This document shows, piece by piece, positions 34,818 to 44,998 of a stretch of DNA of 64,000 nucleotides. Source of the DNA: an uncultured Syntrophobacterales bacterium (GTDB lineage Bacteria; Desulfobacterota; Binatia; UBA9968; JAJDTQ01); NCBI GenBank assembly GCA_964519455.1, contig CAZFIU010000005.1, positions 3,749 through 67,748 on the forward strand, read 5' to 3'. The number at the start of each line of letters is the position of its first letter. The stretch's first letter is position 1. The position numbers were made by a program, and so were the translations under genes. The notes under the pieces were generated by a model. That model made no database searches. It saw only the letters and a list, made by a program, of their open reading frames with translations, and was not told the origin of the DNA.

Positions 34818-36449
34818 ATGGTTAGAACGGCATCCGGACTTCTTCAAGCGTCGATGTTGACTCTGTTGCTTACAACGGCGTTGTTGGTTTCTGCCGCAGG
34901 CCCAGGCCCGTCGTTTTCAGAGGCGGCTCCAGTCGGCGCCTACGAGAGGGACAACCCTTTAGCCGAAGACCTGCTCGATCACTGGAACGAACCGAAGGCG
35001 CTGGAGAAGGCATTGGGTCTGATGTGGCTCGATGAAGCCGACGAGGGCGATCGAAGAGACGCGGCCGCGGACCTGTTCAGCAGGGTTGGCAACGATCCCG
35101 CCGAAACCCGGATCAAGCTTCGCAACGTGCGCCCGGAGGACATGGAGATCATCGGCAAGCGTGGCGAGGTCACCTACGGCCGGTGGAAAGGCGGTCCCGC
35201 CGGCACGCTCAATATCGAGTTCGATTGGCGTTTCGCGCAGGATTTCGACGCGGAGGCGCGGGCGCGGATGGAGCGCGCCGGGAAATCCTGGTCGTGGCGG
35301 ATATTGGATGATTTTGGGCAACACGTACTCAACGCCGGAAAAAGGTTGAGGTACAGGAGCACGGTAACTCGCAAACGGGAAACCATACGCACGGACGAAG
35401 ACCTGACGGCGGACGATCTCCTGATCGTCGTGGTGAAGGACGGTGAGAGAGGAAGCGCCGGTTCCGTGCGATATGGTTTTGGCCGGGAGACGAGTTACAA
35501 CGACTACGAGCCCTGGTTCGGGCTCATAAGCCTGCCCCAGGACAGGCACAATCAGACCTCCACGATGGCCCACGAGATCGGGCACATACTCGGGATGGGG
35601 AACAGGAGCCAGCCGTCCGTCAAGCGCTACAACAATACCCGGGACAACGTCTTCGAGGGGCCGAAAGCCATGGAGGCCAACGGCGGCAGGCCCGTCCCTT
35701 TTCAGTGGCAGTATCGAGGCCGGAAGCCCGGCCCGAATCAGCCCGTGGCCCCCAACAGTCCCGGCGCCAAAGTCGACCGCGGTCACCTGAACGTCTGCAC
35801 ATCCGTCATGGCCTATTGCCGCGACCGGACGGTGACCTACGGCCCGTCCGCCATCGACCTGGGGTACCTTGCCGACATTGGTTACGAGATCCTCGACGCC
35901 GATACCGCCTCCCGTCCGGAGGTCTACGGGAATGGCGCCTGGGGCCTCTACAGTGCCTGGGGTGCAGGTGTCGAGCGGACCATTCGCTACGAGAGCGGGG
36001 ACCCGGGCATCCATCTGTCACAGGGCGGGATCATCGTCGACGCGCACGACAAGCTGCGGGCAAGGGTGGACGCCTTCGGCGTGGAGCCTGACCAGGGACT
36101 AGCCGACTCGCAGGAGGCGGCTGTCTGGTCGGGATCGTTGGTCGGCGTTGACCTGACGCAACCGATGTTGCCGCCCGTATTCGGCGACGCAGAGCTTCGC
36201 GTGGATTCCTCGAACCGGAGAGTCACGGTCTCGTTCGCGAATCTGACGGTGCACGTCGACGGCGTCTCCAAGCCCTTCCGTATCCCGCGATTGAACTACG
36301 TCATGGCTGTCACCGGGAATGCCGTCTCGGATGAGAATGGCCGTGTCCGCGGCGGTTTCTACGGGCCCGCGCACGAGGAGATGGCCGGAGTGCTGGAGCA
36401 CCGCACCCCTGGAGTCGGCCTTCTTGCTGCGTTTGGCGGTAGACGGTGA
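34818..36449 (+). CDS. secreted metzincin-like zinc protease with TbpB/fHbp-like C-terminal beta-barrel domain
   Basis: ATG 34818 follows GGGAGG. It has a signal peptide MVRTASGLLQASMLTLLLTTALLVSAAG. HEIGHILGMGN is the HExxHxxG motif and SVMAY is a Met-turn candidate. The C-terminus reads ..GRVRGGFYGPAHEEMAGVLEHRTPGVGLLAAFGGRR. Confidence 0.65.
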   Translation: MVRTASGLLQASMLTLLLTTALLVSAAGPGPSFSEAAPVGAYERDNPLAEDLLDHWNEPKALEKALGLMWLDEADEGDRRDAAADLFSRVGNDPAETRIKLRNVRPEDMEIIGKRGEVTYGRWKGGPAGTLNIEFDWRFAQDFDAEARARMERAGKSWSWRILDDFGQHVLNAGKRLRYRSTVTRKRETIRTDEDLTADDLLIVVVKDGERGSAGSVRYGFGRETSYNDYEPWFGLISLPQDRHNQTSTMAHEIGHILGMGNRSQPSVKRYNNTRDNVFEGPKAMEANGGRPVPFQWQYRGRKPGPNQPVAPNSPGAKVDRGHLNVCTSVMAYCRDRTVTYGPSAIDLGYLADIGYEILDADTASRPEVYGNGAWGLYSAWGAGVERTIRYESGDPGIHLSQGGIIVDAHDKLRARVDAFGVEPDQGLADSQEAAVWSGSLVGVDLTQPMLPPVFGDAELRVDSSNRRVTVSFANLTVHVDGVSKPFRIPRLNYVMAVTGNAVSDENGRVRGGFYGPAHEEMAGVLEHRTPGVGLLAAFGGRR

Positions 36450-36509
36450 CGGCCCGCGCCCACCCGGTCACTCTTCCATGTAGCCCATTACACCAATAAG
36501 GAGCATGTG

Positions 36510-37506
36510 ATGCGACTGAACCTCAAAGCAGCGCCGGCCTGTATCGTTCTTGCATGGGTCATGTTGGCGAGTGGGGCTGGCGGGGCGGAGCCGACTGCTG
36601 CTCAAGTCAGGGGACGGTGAAACCCTCAAGGCCTTCGTCGAAGGGGCGAAGGTGCATATCGAGGCGATCACGGACATGAACGAAGGAGCAAGGCTCAGGG
36701 AGAAACTGAGAACGGAGGGCGACTGGAAGGCCGGATCGATGTTCCTCGTCGTCTTCCTCAGGAGCGGGGAGCCGTTCATCCACGGGCACGATCGCACGGC
36801 GGAGAGCAAGAACCTGCTCGGCGTCGAGGACGAACGCGGGACCAAGGTCGTCGCAAAACTCCTCGCGGTCGCTGCCCGAGGCGGGGGCTTCGTCGACTAT
36901 TACGACGGGGGGCGGAAGACGGCATACGCCGTCGAATACACCTCCGGGATCACCGCAAGACGATTCGTGCTCGTCGGCGGCTACTCGCAGGACGTCTCCC
37001 ATGTCCCAATCCGGATCGCGGATCTGCCGAAGCCCGCTGTCGCCGCGTCGCAGGTCGTGGACCGCGAAACACTCATTACCTTCGTCGAGGAAGCGGCCAA
37101 GGCTTACCGCGAAGCCGTCATGTCCGAAGGCTACCGCGGCCTTACCGGGGTCAGAAACGCCTTCCGGGTGGAGGGAGGGGACTGGAAATCAGGCTCCATC
37201 TACCTATGGGTCGTGAGTGGCGGGGGCGTCACGCTGTTTCATGGGTCCGAGCCGTATCGCGAAGGAAAGCCCACGGACATGGTGAGGACGGACTCCAAGG
37301 GCGTGAAGATCGCCGAGGAGCTGATCGGGGGTGCGCGGCGCGAGGGTCGGAAGTTCTTGCGGTATCACTACGACAACCCGGCCATCAAGGGAGACGAGGA
37401 CACCGGTTCCCCGAAGCTCGGCTACGCGGTGAGCTTCTCGGTGCCCAACACGGAGCAGAGGGCCGTCATCGGCTCCGGCATCTATCTCGCCACGGACGGC
37501 AAATGA
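36510..37506 (+). CDS. secreted protein with two tandem sCache_2-like domains; the signal peptide is in a different frame (apparent 1-nt frameshift near 36610-36613)
   Basis: ATG 36510 follows AGGAG and encodes MRLNLKAAPACIVLAWVMLASGAGGAEPTAAQV, which stops at 36618. The main ORF (36550..37506) is in the next frame. Two repeats of ..DWK(A/S)GS..L.V....G...HG.....GK...D..G....(K/E)L......GGGF..Y.. are present. Confidence 0.65.
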
Positions 37507-37591
37507 CCCTTGGTGTCGATTACATGAGTGGGCACGGCGGGGCCTCGATCAAATCTGTTGATCCGGCGGAAGCAGTTACTGTTTAGCGATG

Positions 37592-38650
37592 CTACGCGCG
37601 GCGTTCTGCCGCGGCGCGGGCGAGGTCTTCGAGCATGGGGACGGTAGTTTCCCAATCGATGCAGGCGTCGGTGACGCTCTGGCCGTAGGTGAGTGGGGTG
37701 TCGGGCTTGATGTCCTGGCGGCCGGCGACGAGGTGGCTTTCCATCATGACGCCGCAGATGTTGTCGGAGCCGGAGGCGACCTGGGCGCACACGTCGGCGC
37801 ACACTTCGGGCTGGCGCCGGTAGTCCTTCTGGCTGTTGCCGTGGCTGCAGTCGACGAGGATGCGATCCGGCAGATCGGCTGCGCGCAGGGTTTCCGCGGT
37901 CTTGGCGACCACGCCGCGGTCGTAGTTGGGTCCGGCATTGGAGCCGCGCAGGATGACGTGGCAACTCGCGTTCCCGGACGTGGAGATGATCGCGGCGGTT
38001 CCCTGATCGGTGACGCCGAGGAAATGGTGCGGATGGCGCGCGGCGCGCACACCGTCGATGGCGATCTGGATAGAGCCGCCGGTGCCGTTCTTGAAACCGA
38101 CGGGCATCGACAGGCCCGAGGCCAGCTCCCGGTGGACCTGGCTCTCCGCGGTTCGTGCGCCGATGGCGCCCCAGGAGACGAGATCGGCGGTGAACTGCGG
38201 GGTGATGGTGTCGAGGAACTCGGAGCCCGCCGGCACACCCATGTTCGCCAGTTCCAGCAGGAGCCCCCGGGCGATCCGTAATCCCTTGTTTATATTGAAT
38301 TTGCCGTCGAGGTTGGGGTCGTTGATCAGGCCCTTCCAGCCGACCGTGGTGCGCGGCTTTTCGAAGTAGACGCGCATGATGATGTAGAGGTCGTCGGCAA
38401 GCCGGTGGGCTTCTTGTTTAAGGCGGCCGGCATACTCGATGGCCGCGTCCGTGTCGTGAATGGAGCAGGGGCCGGCGATCACCAGCAGTCGTCGATCGCG
38501 TCCTTCGAGGATTTCGTCGATGTCGTGCCGGGCCTTGGTCACCGTGGCCGTGGCCTGAGCGGTAATCGGCAGCTCCTCGTTTACCAGGATCATTGGCGGC
38601 ACCAGCGGGCGCAGGTTCTCGATTCGGAGGTCTTCGGTTGTCCGTTCCAT
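37592..38650 (-). CDS. aroG: class I 3-deoxy-7-phosphoheptulonate (DAHP) synthase
   Basis: MERTTEDLRIENLRPLVPP...RLLVIAGPCSIHD looks collinear with E. coli AroG (MNYQNDDLRIKEIKELLPP...LLVVIGPCSIHD). The isozyme type is not assignable. Confidence 0.9.
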   Translation of the reverse strand: MERTTEDLRIENLRPLVPPMILVNEELPITAQATATVTKARHDIDEILEGRDRRLLVIAGPCSIHDTDAAIEYAGRLKQEAHRLADDLYIIMRVYFEKPRTTVGWKGLINDPNLDGKFNINKGLRIARGLLLELANMGVPAGSEFLDTITPQFTADLVSWGAIGARTAESQVHRELASGLSMPVGFKNGTGGSIQIAIDGVRAARHPHHFLGVTDQGTAAIISTSGNASCHVILRGSNAGPNYDRGVVAKTAETLRAADLPDRILVDCSHGNSQKDYRRQPEVCADVCAQVASGSDNICGVMMESHLVAGRQDIKPDTPLTYGQSVTDACIDWETTVPMLEDLARAAAERRA

Positions 38651-38794
38651 GGCGTTAAGTCGTGTATCTAACACAGTATTTCAGGATAGGCGAATACGTG
38701 GGTGATGTCGTTGCCGGGAGGCGCCGGACGGACGCGCGATCCGGCCGGATAGGATATAATGGTCCCGGCGATCGAGACGCTGGAGTCCTTCCTG

Positions 38795-40162
38795 ATGTAC
38801 CGCATGGATACCATCGCGGCCGTGGCGACGCCCCCTGGCGAAGGGGGAGTGGCCATGGTGCGTTTGAGCGGACCGGATGCCAAGCGCATCGGACGGGAGA
38901 TCCTTGTGCGAAAGGACACCGACTGGGAATCGCACCGCCTGTATCACGGGAGGGTGCGGAACCCCGGCAGCGGCGCTGTGGTGGACGAGGTGATGTTTGC
39001 CTTCCTGCGGGAGCCCAGGAGCTATACTGGGGAGGACACCGTCGAGATCCATTGCCACGGGGGCCCTTACGTGGTGCGCCAGGTGCTCGGTCTGACGCTC
39101 GCGCGGGGCGCGCGGCACGCGGAGCCCGGTGAATTCACCAAGAGAGCCTACTTGAATGGTCGGTTGGATTTGGCCCAGGCCGAGGCGGTGCTGGATCTGA
39201 TCCGGTCACGCACCGACAAGGCGGCCGGGATCGCCCTTGGCCAAATGGACGGCGGCCTTTCGCAGGAGGTTCAGGCTCTTCGCGAACAACTGGTGGACAC
39301 GCTCGTACAGGTAGAGGCAGCCATCGACTTCCCCGAGGAAGAGATCGAGCTGCTGCAGCGCGAGGCGTTGAGCCGGCAGGTCGCGGAGGTGGTCGAGAGG
39401 GTCTCCGCCCTCGCCGGCAGTTACGAATGGGGCCGGTTGATCCGCGAGGGAGTCCGCGTGTGCATGGTGGGTCGGCCCAACGTCGGCAAGTCGAGCCTGC
39501 TGAACGCGCTGTTGGGGGTCGACCGGGCCATCGTCACCTCCACGCCGGGGACCACCCGTGACTTCATCGAAGAGACCGCGAACCTCAATGGCTTGCCCGT
39601 GGTGCTGTGGGACACGGCGGGAATCCGGGACAGGACCGAGGGCGTGGAGCAGATCGGCATCGACGTCACTCTGAGGAGGCTCGCCGAGAGCCAGGGATGC
39701 ATGGTGGTCCTCGACGGGTCGGTGCCGCTTACGGCCGAAGACATGGACGTGATGGAGCGGGTGCAAGGGATGGCGGGTCTCGTGGTTGTCAACAAGTCCG
39801 ACCTGGAACAGCGCATCGAGCGTTCGGCGGTGTCCGGCCGTTTGCCCGAACTGCGGCAGGTTGAAGTATCGGCTTTGATGGGACAAGGCTTGGAGACTCT
39901 GAGGGGCGCATTGCGAGAGTGTTTTATGGATTCGGCGGAGGAACCGGAGATCGTTGTGACCAATGTGCGCCACAAGGCGGCCTTGGAGCGAGCCACGGCG
40001 AGTCTTGTGGAGGTGCATCGCGCCCTCGACCAAGGGCTGCCGCCCGACATCGTGGCGGTAGACCTGCAGGAGGCACGGGACAGTCTCGAGGAGATCATAG
40101 GTACCGTGACCAATGAGGATATCCTCGACCGCATTTTTTCGCAATTCTGCATCGGCAAGTAG
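38795..40162 (+). CDS. mnmE: tRNA modification GTPase MnmE
   Basis: M(YR)MDTIAAVATPPGEGGVAMVRLSG, the G-domain motif GRPNVGKSSLLN and the C-terminal FCIGK are present. The start is 38795 or 38804. Confidence 0.9.
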   Translation: MYRMDTIAAVATPPGEGGVAMVRLSGPDAKRIGREILVRKDTDWESHRLYHGRVRNPGSGAVVDEVMFAFLREPRSYTGEDTVEIHCHGGPYVVRQVLGLTLARGARHAEPGEFTKRAYLNGRLDLAQAEAVLDLIRSRTDKAAGIALGQMDGGLSQEVQALREQLVDTLVQVEAAIDFPEEEIELLQREALSRQVAEVVERVSALAGSYEWGRLIREGVRVCMVGRPNVGKSSLLNALLGVDRAIVTSTPGTTRDFIEETANLNGLPVVLWDTAGIRDRTEGVEQIGIDVTLRRLAESQGCMVVLDGSVPLTAEDMDVMERVQGMAGLVVVNKSDLEQRIERSAVSGRLPELRQVEVSALMGQGLETLRGALRECFMDSAEEPEIVVTNVRHKAALERATASLVEVHRALDQGLPPDIVAVDLQEARDSLEEIIGTVTNEDILDRIFSQFCIGK

Positions 40163-40211
40163 GTGTCGGTGGGTTGGTTCGTGGAAGGCGGACCGGTAAT
40201 CTGCCACAATC

Positions 40212-42134
40212 ATGGCTCAAGCTCTTCAGCAAAGGATGTTTCACGTGAAACAATCGGACCGGGGGACCGGCAGGATCTACGATGTCATCGTGGTGGGCGC
40301 CGGGCACGCAGGCATTGAGGCGGCCCTGGCGGCCGCGCGCATGGGTTTCGACACGTTGATGTTGACGCTCAACCTGGACCATATCGGCCAGATGTCCTGC
40401 AACCCGGCCATCGGAGGCATCGGAAAGGGCCATTTGGTCAAGGAAATCGATGCGCTTGGCGGCGAAATGGCCCGGGCCATCGACGAGACCGGCATCCAGT
40501 TTCGCGTGCTGAACACCAAGAAGGGGCCGGCGGTTCGGGCATCCCGCGCCCAGGCGGACAAGGCGCTCTACCGCCAGAGGATGAAACGGGTCGTGGAGCG
40601 GTGTGAGAACCTCACCCTCAAGCAGGCCAGCGTGGAAGCGCTCGCCTGCCGCGGTGGCGAAGTCGTGGGGGTCGAGACCGAGATGGGAGAGGTGTTTGAA
40701 GGCAAGAAGACGATACTGACGACCGGTACCTTCCTGCAAGGTCTGATCCACGTCGGCGACCGCAACTATTCGGCGGGTCGAGCCGGGGATTTCGCCGCGC
40801 AGGGCCTGAGCAAGTCCTTGAGCGAGCTCGGTCTGCGGTTGGGGCGCCTCAAGACCGGCACTTGTCCCCGTTTGCACGCCGATTCCATTGACTACTCCAA
40901 GCTGGATGTTCAGTACGGGGACGAACACCCCGTGCCGTTTTCGTTCGGCACGGAGCGGATAGAGCAGAAACAGATCCCCTGCCACATTACCTATACCAAC
41001 CCGACGACTCATGACGTCATCCGAGGGGCCATCCACCGCTCGCCCATGTATTCGGGAGTGATTCAGAGTCGGGGACCGCGCTACTGTCCCTCCATCGAGG
41101 ACAAGGTCGTACGGTTCGCTGAAAAGCAGCGCCACCAGATCTTCCTGGAACCCGAGGGGTACGAAACGGTCGAGGTCTATCCCAACGGTATCTCCACGAG
41201 CCTCCCGCTCGACATCCAGGTGGAGATGGTGCACAGCATCCAAGGCCTTGAAAATGCTGAGATCATGCGGCCGGGTTACGCCATCGAGTACGACTACGTG
41301 GAGCCCACGCAACTCAAGCCGAGCCTCGAGACCAAGGCCATCGGGGGATTGTATCTGGCGGGTCAGATCAACGGGACCACCGGATACGAGGAGGCCGCGG
41401 GCCAAGGTCTTATGGCGGCCATCAACGCGTGTCTCAGCCTCAGGGGCGAAGACCCGCTCATTCTCTCACGTGACCAGGCGTACATAGGCGTCCTGATCGA
41501 CGACCTGGTCACCAAGGGCACGGACGGCGAGCCCTACCGGATGTTCACTTCCAGGGCCGAATACCGGCTGCTGCTCCGGGAGGACAACGCGGACCTTCGG
41601 CTCGCCGAAGTGGGTTTTCGTATCGGTTTGGCCACTCCGGCGGCCCATGATCGTACGGTCCGGAAGCAGCAACAGATCGCCGAGTGGACCAGGAAGCTGG
41701 AAACCATCCGCGTCAATCCGTCGCCCACCGTCCAGGCACAACTGGAGGCCTTGCGGACCGCACCCATTCGCAACATCACGCCGCTGGCCCAACTGCTCCG
41801 TCGTCCCGAGCTCACGTTCGTGGATCTTCAGGCCTTCTGCCCTGATGTGACGGAGGTGCCGTCCGATGTGGCCCTGCAGGTGGAAGTATCAATAAAATAC
41901 AGCGGTTACGTGGATCGGCAGACACAGGGACTGAAGCGGTTCCAGAAGATGGAGAACGTGGCCCTTCCGGAGGACCTCGATTACGGAACCATCGACGGGT
42001 TGTCGGGCGAGATCAAGGAAAAGCTCACGCGCGTGCGACCACGCTCCCTGGGCCAGGCCTACAGGATCTCGGGGGTGACCCCGGCCGCCATCTCGGTGCT
42101 CTCGCTGTACCTCTACAAGTGGAAGGCGGGTTGA
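40212..42134 (+). CDS. mnmG: tRNA uridine 5-carboxymethylaminomethyl modification enzyme MnmG (GidA)
   Basis: [23 protein letters not shown] is the FAD motif and the protein is 640 aa. The start is 40212 or 40236. Confidence 0.9.
   Translation: MAQALQQRMFHVKQSDRGTGRIYDVIVVGAGHAGIEAALAAARMGFDTLMLTLNLDHIGQMSCNPAIGGIGKGHLVKEIDALGGEMARAIDETGIQFRVLNTKKGPAVRASRAQADKALYRQRMKRVVERCENLTLKQASVEALACRGGEVVGVETEMGEVFEGKKTILTTGTFLQGLIHVGDRNYSAGRAGDFAAQGLSKSLSELGLRLGRLKTGTCPRLHADSIDYSKLDVQYGDEHPVPFSFGTERIEQKQIPCHITYTNPTTHDVIRGAIHRSPMYSGVIQSRGPRYCPSIEDKVVRFAEKQRHQIFLEPEGYETVEVYPNGISTSLPLDIQVEMVHSIQGLENAEIMRPGYAIEYDYVEPTQLKPSLETKAIGGLYLAGQINGTTGYEEAAGQGLMAAINACLSLRGEDPLILSRDQAYIGVLIDDLVTKGTDGEPYRMFTSRAEYRLLLREDNADLRLAEVGFRIGLATPAAHDRTVRKQQQIAEWTRKLETIRVNPSPTVQAQLEALRTAPIRNITPLAQLLRRPELTFVDLQAFCPDVTEVPSDVALQVEVSIKYSGYVDRQTQGLKRFQKMENVALPEDLDYGTIDGLSGEIKEKLTRVRPRSLGQAYRISGVTPAAISVLSLYLYKWKAG
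40237..40252. other. parS centromere-like site (inside the first codons of mnmG)
   Basis: TGTTTCACGTGAAACA is a perfect 16-bp palindrome and matches the tGTTNCACGTGAAACa consensus. Confidence 0.8.
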
Positions 42135-42264
42135 GGGAAAGCCTGACGGCACCAGTAGGCTCATGCGAACAGGCTTACCAGTCAGGGAGGGGCATCCTGG
42201 TTTTCGGAAGGGCGCGATGACGAGCAGCGGCGGGTATGATGTCTGAAACCAGGTGTTGTGACCG

Positions 42265-42930
42265 GTGCCTCGCAAAGACCTCTTCAACGACGAGCAACTG
42301 CTGATCGAAGGCGCTAGATCCTTCGATCTGGTCTTGTCTCCTCAACAGATCGCGGCCTTTGCGAGCTACCGATCGCTCCTTTCCGTCTGGGGCGCCCGCC
42401 TCAACCTCACCGCGATCCGTGAAGTCCCGCTCGTCGTGCGGCTGCATTTCCTGGACTCTCTTTCGGTCGTGCCCCTCTTGAGTCGCGCCGATGCACTCAT
42501 GGACATCGGCAGCGGAGCGGGTTTCCCTGGAATCCCCATAAAGCTTGTCTCTCCGGAGAAACCGGTCTATCTGGTCGAACCGCGACGAAAACGAGCGAAC
42601 TTCCTGCGGCACGTCATTCGCGAGCTCGACTTGGCGAATACCCACGTGATCGAGGGTCGTGTCGAGGACTTGCCGACCGCAGGCCTCCCCCCGATGATGG
42701 AAACCGTCACCCGCGGGTTCTCCGACATCCCGGGGTTCGTCAAGGCAAGCGGCGAACTCCTCGGTCCGGGCGGTTCAGGCGTTCTCATGCAGGGCCCCAA
42801 GGGACCGGTCGTATTGGATGAACTTCGAGGGTGCTTCTCGCATTATGGGTTCGCGGAAGGTCGCACGGTGCAGTTCCCCCTCCCTTTCGGAGGCGAGCAA
42901 AGGACAGTGCTCACTTTCAAGAAGGTCTAG
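42265..42930 (+). CDS. rsmG: 16S rRNA (guanine527-N7)-methyltransferase RsmG (GidB)
   Basis: ..LNLTAIREVPLVVRLHFLDSL.. and the SAM motif DIGSGAGFPGIP are present. The position after mnmG fits. Confidence 0.85.
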   Translation: MPRKDLFNDEQLLIEGARSFDLVLSPQQIAAFASYRSLLSVWGARLNLTAIREVPLVVRLHFLDSLSVVPLLSRADALMDIGSGAGFPGIPIKLVSPEKPVYLVEPRRKRANFLRHVIRELDLANTHVIEGRVEDLPTAGLPPMMETVTRGFSDIPGFVKASGELLGPGGSGVLMQGPKGPVVLDELRGCFSHYGFAEGRTVQFPLPFGGEQRTVLTFKKV

Positions 42931-43039
42931 TGTGGTGTCTGGTTAATTCGCGGCATAATCCGCGGGTCTTTTTCGCCGTCGGCCGCGTTACGTCACCCCG
43001 GGCTTGACGCGGGGTCTTCCTCGCGTGGTGCCCGCAACG

Positions 43040-43135
43040 GGGGCGACCGCGGGTCGCCCCTACCGGCCTGGACAGGTCGGCGCTCTTCGACAGGCTCAGG
43101 CCAGGCTTCGCGAAACGAACCCGAAGGACGTAACC
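43040..43135. repeat. GC-rich hairpin plus family-B-like repeat
   Basis: GGGGCGACC-gcg-GGTCGCCCC forms a hairpin at 43040-43060. It is followed by CTCTTCGACAGGCTCAGGCCAGGCTTCGCGAAACGAACCCGAAGGACG. Confidence 0.55.
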
Positions 43136-43159
43136 ATGTTTCGCGGGTTCAGGGTTCGG

Positions 43160-43175
43160 TGTTTCACGTGAAACA
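43160..43175. other. parS centromere-like site upstream of parA
   Basis: TGTTTCACGTGAAACA is identical to the site at 40237 and lies 85 nt upstream of the parA start. Confidence 0.8.
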
Positions 43176-43260
43176 TGCGTGAGGCTTCCCTTCGAAGCCC
43201 TGGCGTGTTACAAGATTGGAATAGCCTCCCTTGCCTCAACTTGTTGAATATTAAAGAGTT

Positions 43261-44046
43261 TTGGGAAAGATAATCGCCATAGCCAATCAGAAGGGCGGTG
43301 TCGGGAAGACCACCACCGCCGTGAATCTCGGCGCGTCCCTGGCGGTCGCCAGCAAACGTACGCTCCTGGTGGACATGGACCCACAAAGCAACAGCACCAC
43401 GGGTTTCGGGATCGACCGGGACGCTCTCAACAAGAGCATCTACGACGTGATGCTCGAGGACTGTTTTGCCACCGAGGCCCTGTGCGCGACAGAGTTGCCC
43501 CTCCTGTTCCTCCTGCCGGCCAACCGTGACCTCGTTAGCGCCGAATTGCGGCTGATGGATATGGAGAACCGCGTCGGAAGGCTCCGGGACGCCCTGGAGA
43601 CGGTCAAGCACCGGTTCGACTATATACTTCTGGATTGCCCGCCCTCCCTGGGTTTGCTCACTCTCAACGCTCTCGTCGCCGCGGATTCGCTGCTGGTACC
43701 GCTACAGTGCGAGTACTACGCGCTTGAAGGTCTCAGCGCGATTCTTGATACGATGAAACGTGTGCAGGATGCATACAATCCGGATTTGAAGCTCGAAGGG
43801 GTCGTTCTCTGCATGTACGATGCCCGCAGCAACCTGTCCGCGCAGGTGGCGGAGGATGTCCGCGGCCATTTTCCGGAACAAGTGTTTCGAAATGTCATTC
43901 CCAGAAACGTCCGCCTGAGCGAAAGCCCCAGCCACGGCAGGCCCGCCCTGCTGTACGACCCCAGGTCCAAGGGGGCACAGGGCTACCTGGGCCTTGCGGC
44001 CGAAGTAATGGACCGTCAGAAGGAGTCCACGCATGCAGAAGCCTAG
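43261..44046 (+). CDS. parA: chromosome partitioning ATPase ParA (Soj)
   Basis: It starts at [31 protein letters not shown] contains the deviant Walker A motif. Confidence 0.9.
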   Translation: MGKIIAIANQKGGVGKTTTAVNLGASLAVASKRTLLVDMDPQSNSTTGFGIDRDALNKSIYDVMLEDCFATEALCATELPLLFLLPANRDLVSAELRLMDMENRVGRLRDALETVKHRFDYILLDCPPSLGLLTLNALVAADSLLVPLQCEYYALEGLSAILDTMKRVQDAYNPDLKLEGVVLCMYDARSNLSAQVAEDVRGHFPEQVFRNVIPRNVRLSESPSHGRPALLYDPRSKGAQGYLGLAAEVMDRQKESTHAEA

Positions 44047-44896
44047 ACTGGGAAGGGGCCTCGACGCCCTGTTGCCGAAGAGCACGCCGACGGTGCGGGA
44101 GCCCGCACCGGAGCCTTCGCCCATGGCGGTGCATCCCTCTTTGATCGCCCCCAATCCGAATCAACCCCGGCGGGTCTTTGACGAGGCCAGGATCGACGAT
44201 TTGGCAAGGTCCATCGAGGCCGGCGGGATGCTTCAACCTCTGGTCGTGCGCAGGAGCCCCGGCGGCTACGAGTTGATTGCCGGCGAGCGCCGCCTGCGTG
44301 CCGCCCGGCGCCTGGGTCTCTCCGAGGTACCCGTAATCGTTCATGAAACGCCGGACTCCAACACTCTGCTGCTGGCCTTGATCGAGAACCTTCAACGCGA
44401 GGACCTGAATCCCATCGAGGAAGCCGCCGCATTCGCCGAGTTGCAGGAACAGTTCGACTTGACTCAGGAACAGGTCGCCGGGCAGGTCGGCAGAAGCCGT
44501 TCCGCGGTGGCGAACTCCCTGCGACTCCTGTCACTCCCCGACGAAATCAAGCAACACGTGGCCCGCGGTGCATTGCCCGCCGGCCAGGCCCGTGCGCTCC
44601 TCGCCCTGGAAAACCCCGCCATGCTCGCGGCGGCGGCGCGCGAAGTCATGGCCAAGGACCTGTCCACGCGCGAAACCGAAGCCCTGGTGAAGCGACTCAA
44701 GCGTGAAAGGCGCCCCAAGACCGAGCATCGACCGGATCCCGACCTCACGAACCTGGTCGAGACCCTGCAACGCCGCCTCGGCACCCGTGTCCGGCTCATG
44801 CACCGTGCTCGCGACGGCAAGGGCAAGCTGGAGATCGAGTACTATTCGCAGGACGACCTGGGGCGGATCGCGGAGATGATGATGGGACACGGGTAG
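44033..44896 (+). CDS. parB: chromosome partitioning protein ParB (Spo0J)
   Basis: LGRGLDALL, the ParB box ..[12 protein letters not shown].. and an HTH region are present. It overlaps parA by 14 nt. Confidence 0.9.
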   Translation: MQKPRLGRGLDALLPKSTPTVREPAPEPSPMAVHPSLIAPNPNQPRRVFDEARIDDLARSIEAGGMLQPLVVRRSPGGYELIAGERRLRAARRLGLSEVPVIVHETPDSNTLLLALIENLQREDLNPIEEAAAFAELQEQFDLTQEQVAGQVGRSRSAVANSLRLLSLPDEIKQHVARGALPAGQARALLALENPAMLAAAAREVMAKDLSTRETEALVKRLKRERRPKTEHRPDPDLTNLVETLQRRLGTRVRLMHRARDGKGKLEIEYYSQDDLGRIAEMMMGHG

Positions 44897-44998
44897 GTCA
44901 ACCCGGAGCCGACGAGGATGAGGGGAAAGCTACGTCCTTCGGTATCGCGGTCAGGATGATGTTGCAGCGGAGGCGCTGTTTTGGCACTATAGCGGACT

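Noticed and set aside
38651-38794. A possible oriC near the mnmE/mnmG/parAB cluster. I also checked 42135-42264 and 42931-43260.
   Set aside because: I saw no cluster of TTATCCACA-type DnaA boxes and no AT-rich unwinding element. dnaA is not in the window. The only support is that the parS sites indicate origin proximity.
44897-44998. A promoter for the three-gene cassette (TTGCAG ... TATAGC).
   Set aside because: The spacer is about 20 nt, too long for a sigma-70 promoter, and no better hexamer pair was found.
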